Assembly: GCF_009914755.1 (NCBI RefSeq)
Contig: NC_060932.1
Reading direction: 5' to 3' (one strand)
Source of the DNA: the human T2T-CHM13v2.0 reference genome, Homo sapiens
Length of the DNA stretch: 64,000 nt
Shown: positions 62,229 to 64,000 of the stretch, in pieces
Layout of the letters: each line of letters starts with the position of its first letter
How positions within the stretch are numbered: the first letter of the stretch is position 1
Notes under the pieces: generated by a model
Database searches by the model: none
What the model was told of the DNA's origin: nothing
Seen by the model: only the letters and a program-made list of their open reading frames with translations
Position numbers and translations under genes: made by a program

Positions 62229-63532
62229 AGCCTAACATCAGAACAGATGAGTATTTCCCCTCTTACCACTTATATTAAAATTGTACTGGAGATAAAGTGC
62301 GACAGGGTAAGGGGGAAGGGGAAAAAGGTACACAGATTGGAAACAAGAAGTAAAACTGTCTCTATTTGCAGACGTCATATCTACGTAGAAAATCCCACGG
62401 AATCTACCAAAAAAAGAAACCACAATTGATAGGTGAGTTCAGCATTGCGGCAGGATACGGAATCAATGCACAAAAATCCATCAGATTTGCCTAAAGTAGC
62501 AATGAACAACTGGAAACTACAATTTTAAAAACAATACTATAACAATGCCATACAAATGGGAAATACTGAGGGGTATATCTAACCAAAGATGTGCAAGACC
62601 TGGATGCTGAAAACTATAAAGCATTATTAAGATAAATCAAATAAATTAATTAAATTTAATTAATTAAATGGAGAGCCATATTGTGCCCATGAATTAGAAG
62701 ACCTAAGACTGTTAAACTGTAAATTCTTTCCAAATTGATTCTGATTCAATGCAAACCCTTGAAATCCCAGCAGAATTCTTTTTGTAGAAAACTGACAAAC
62801 TGATTCTAAAATTCATACGGAAATGCAAAAGACCTTGGATAACCAAAAGCAACTTTATAAGAGAACTAAGTTTGACAAGTTACACTATCTAATTTTATTA
62901 AGGGTTATAAAATGATTTCATAAGTGATTAAGTGAAGATGTAAATTATTAAAGCTTATATTTCCAGAGACAGACTTAAAATCAATTATAATTATATATTA
63001 AAATATACAATTGTATAGAAAATTTATACGAATTGGATCTTCAATTTGTATGCAGATCCTTCCCATGTCCCCTCCCAGACACTCATGTCAGTTCTGTTCC
63101 CAGAGCTGCTCACTATCAGGGGATCACAAGGCCCCACCAATGGCTGCTGAGAAATCCACTTCCTGTGCAATGCTTTCAAGTGAACTTGTCAGGTTCAAGC
63201 TGTTCACAACGTTATTTTATTCTTAAAATAAAGAACAAAATCAACCTTCAGAGATACGTAGGGGATATTCATGCTGAATGATGAAAAAGGACCATTAAGT
63301 ACCTTATTTGAAACCGCAGTACAACTTTAACTTCTGAACTCTCAGTGATTTTCACTGTTTACACTAGCTGATTCTAAAACTTATAATCTTTAGTAATCAA
63401 AACTGTATAGCATTGGCACAAAGGTAGACTAGATCAATGAAACAGAATACACAGTCCAGAAATAGATCTACACATATATGGACGATTGATTTTCAACAAA
63501 TGTGCAACATCGATTCAGTTGAGAAAGGATGG

Positions 63533-63897
63533 TTGTCTGAGTCCACTCAGGCTGCTATGATCAAATACCATAATCTGTACGCTTCTAAACAACATAAATG
63601 TATTTCTCACAGTTCTGGAGGCTGAGAAGTCCAGGATCAAGGTGGCAGCAGATTCGGTGTCTGGCCAGGGCTCTGCTTCCTCATAGACTCACAGTCTTCT
63701 CACTGTGTACTCCCAATGTGGAACGGACAAGGCAGGTCTCTGAGGCTCTTTTATAAGGGCACTAATGGCATTCATGAAGGCTCTGCCCTCATGACTTAAT
63801 AAGATCCCCAAACACCCCACCTCCTAATACAATCACCTCGGGGATTAGGATCTCTACATACAAATCTGCAGAGGATACAAACTTTTAGACCATACCA
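63533..63897 (-). mobile_element. MLT1A/MST-type MaLR LTR
   Basis: tgtctgagtccactcaggctgctatgatcaaatacc...tctcacagttctggaggctgagaagtcc...tagaccatacca. Confidence 0.85.
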
Positions 63898-64000
63898 ATA
63901 GCCTGTCAACAAATGGTGCTGGAATAATTGAATATCTATATGCAAAAAATAAACCAAACTTTAATTCATACTTTACACTGTGTACAAAAACAAACTCAAA

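Larger units (their letters stand above)
57770..64000 (+). mobile_element. Long old L1M (ORF1 to ORF2 remnants) with nested LTRs
   Basis: Degenerate ORF2 pieces (NNTINQLDLVDIY..., tctctatttgcagacgtcatatc, aacaaatggtgctggaataattg); many stops. Confidence 0.85.

Overview
Primate (human-like) genomic DNA, mostly interspersed repeats. It carries the end of a testis-type trypsin-fold (S1A) serine protease cluster that I recognise as the 8p23.1 PRSS51/PRSS52P region; that identification is from recall, not a search. On the + strand: (1) PRSS51 coding exons 2-5 (2327-2519, 3164-3423, 4358-4500, 4669-4809); no signal-peptide exon is visible upstream in the window. The His/Asp/Ser triad is present, but the IxGG activation motif, Asp189, Trp215 and both C191/C220 cysteines are lost. 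The ancestral hydrophobic tail is cut off by a TGG>TGA stop and a downstream 8-bp tandem duplication. (2) A paralogous pseudogene (PRSS52P-like) reduced to a doubly frameshifted signal-peptide exon (21813-21892) and a last exon (26105-26372) with a +1 insertion in GDSGGP; I cannot find exons 2-4. The rest is Alu, L1, ERVL/MaLR/ERV1 LTRs and Tigger/Charlie fossils. Mechanistically informative structures include a U6-L1 chimeric retrocopy with TSD, a twin-primed inverted L1, an L1 with two non-identical 3' ends, and several template-switch scars. I see no CRISPR array, rRNA or tRNA and no convincing new multi-gene system. The most interesting biology is the complementary decay of the two protease paralogs. 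Repeat subfamily names come from recalled consensus motifs and their boundaries are approximate.
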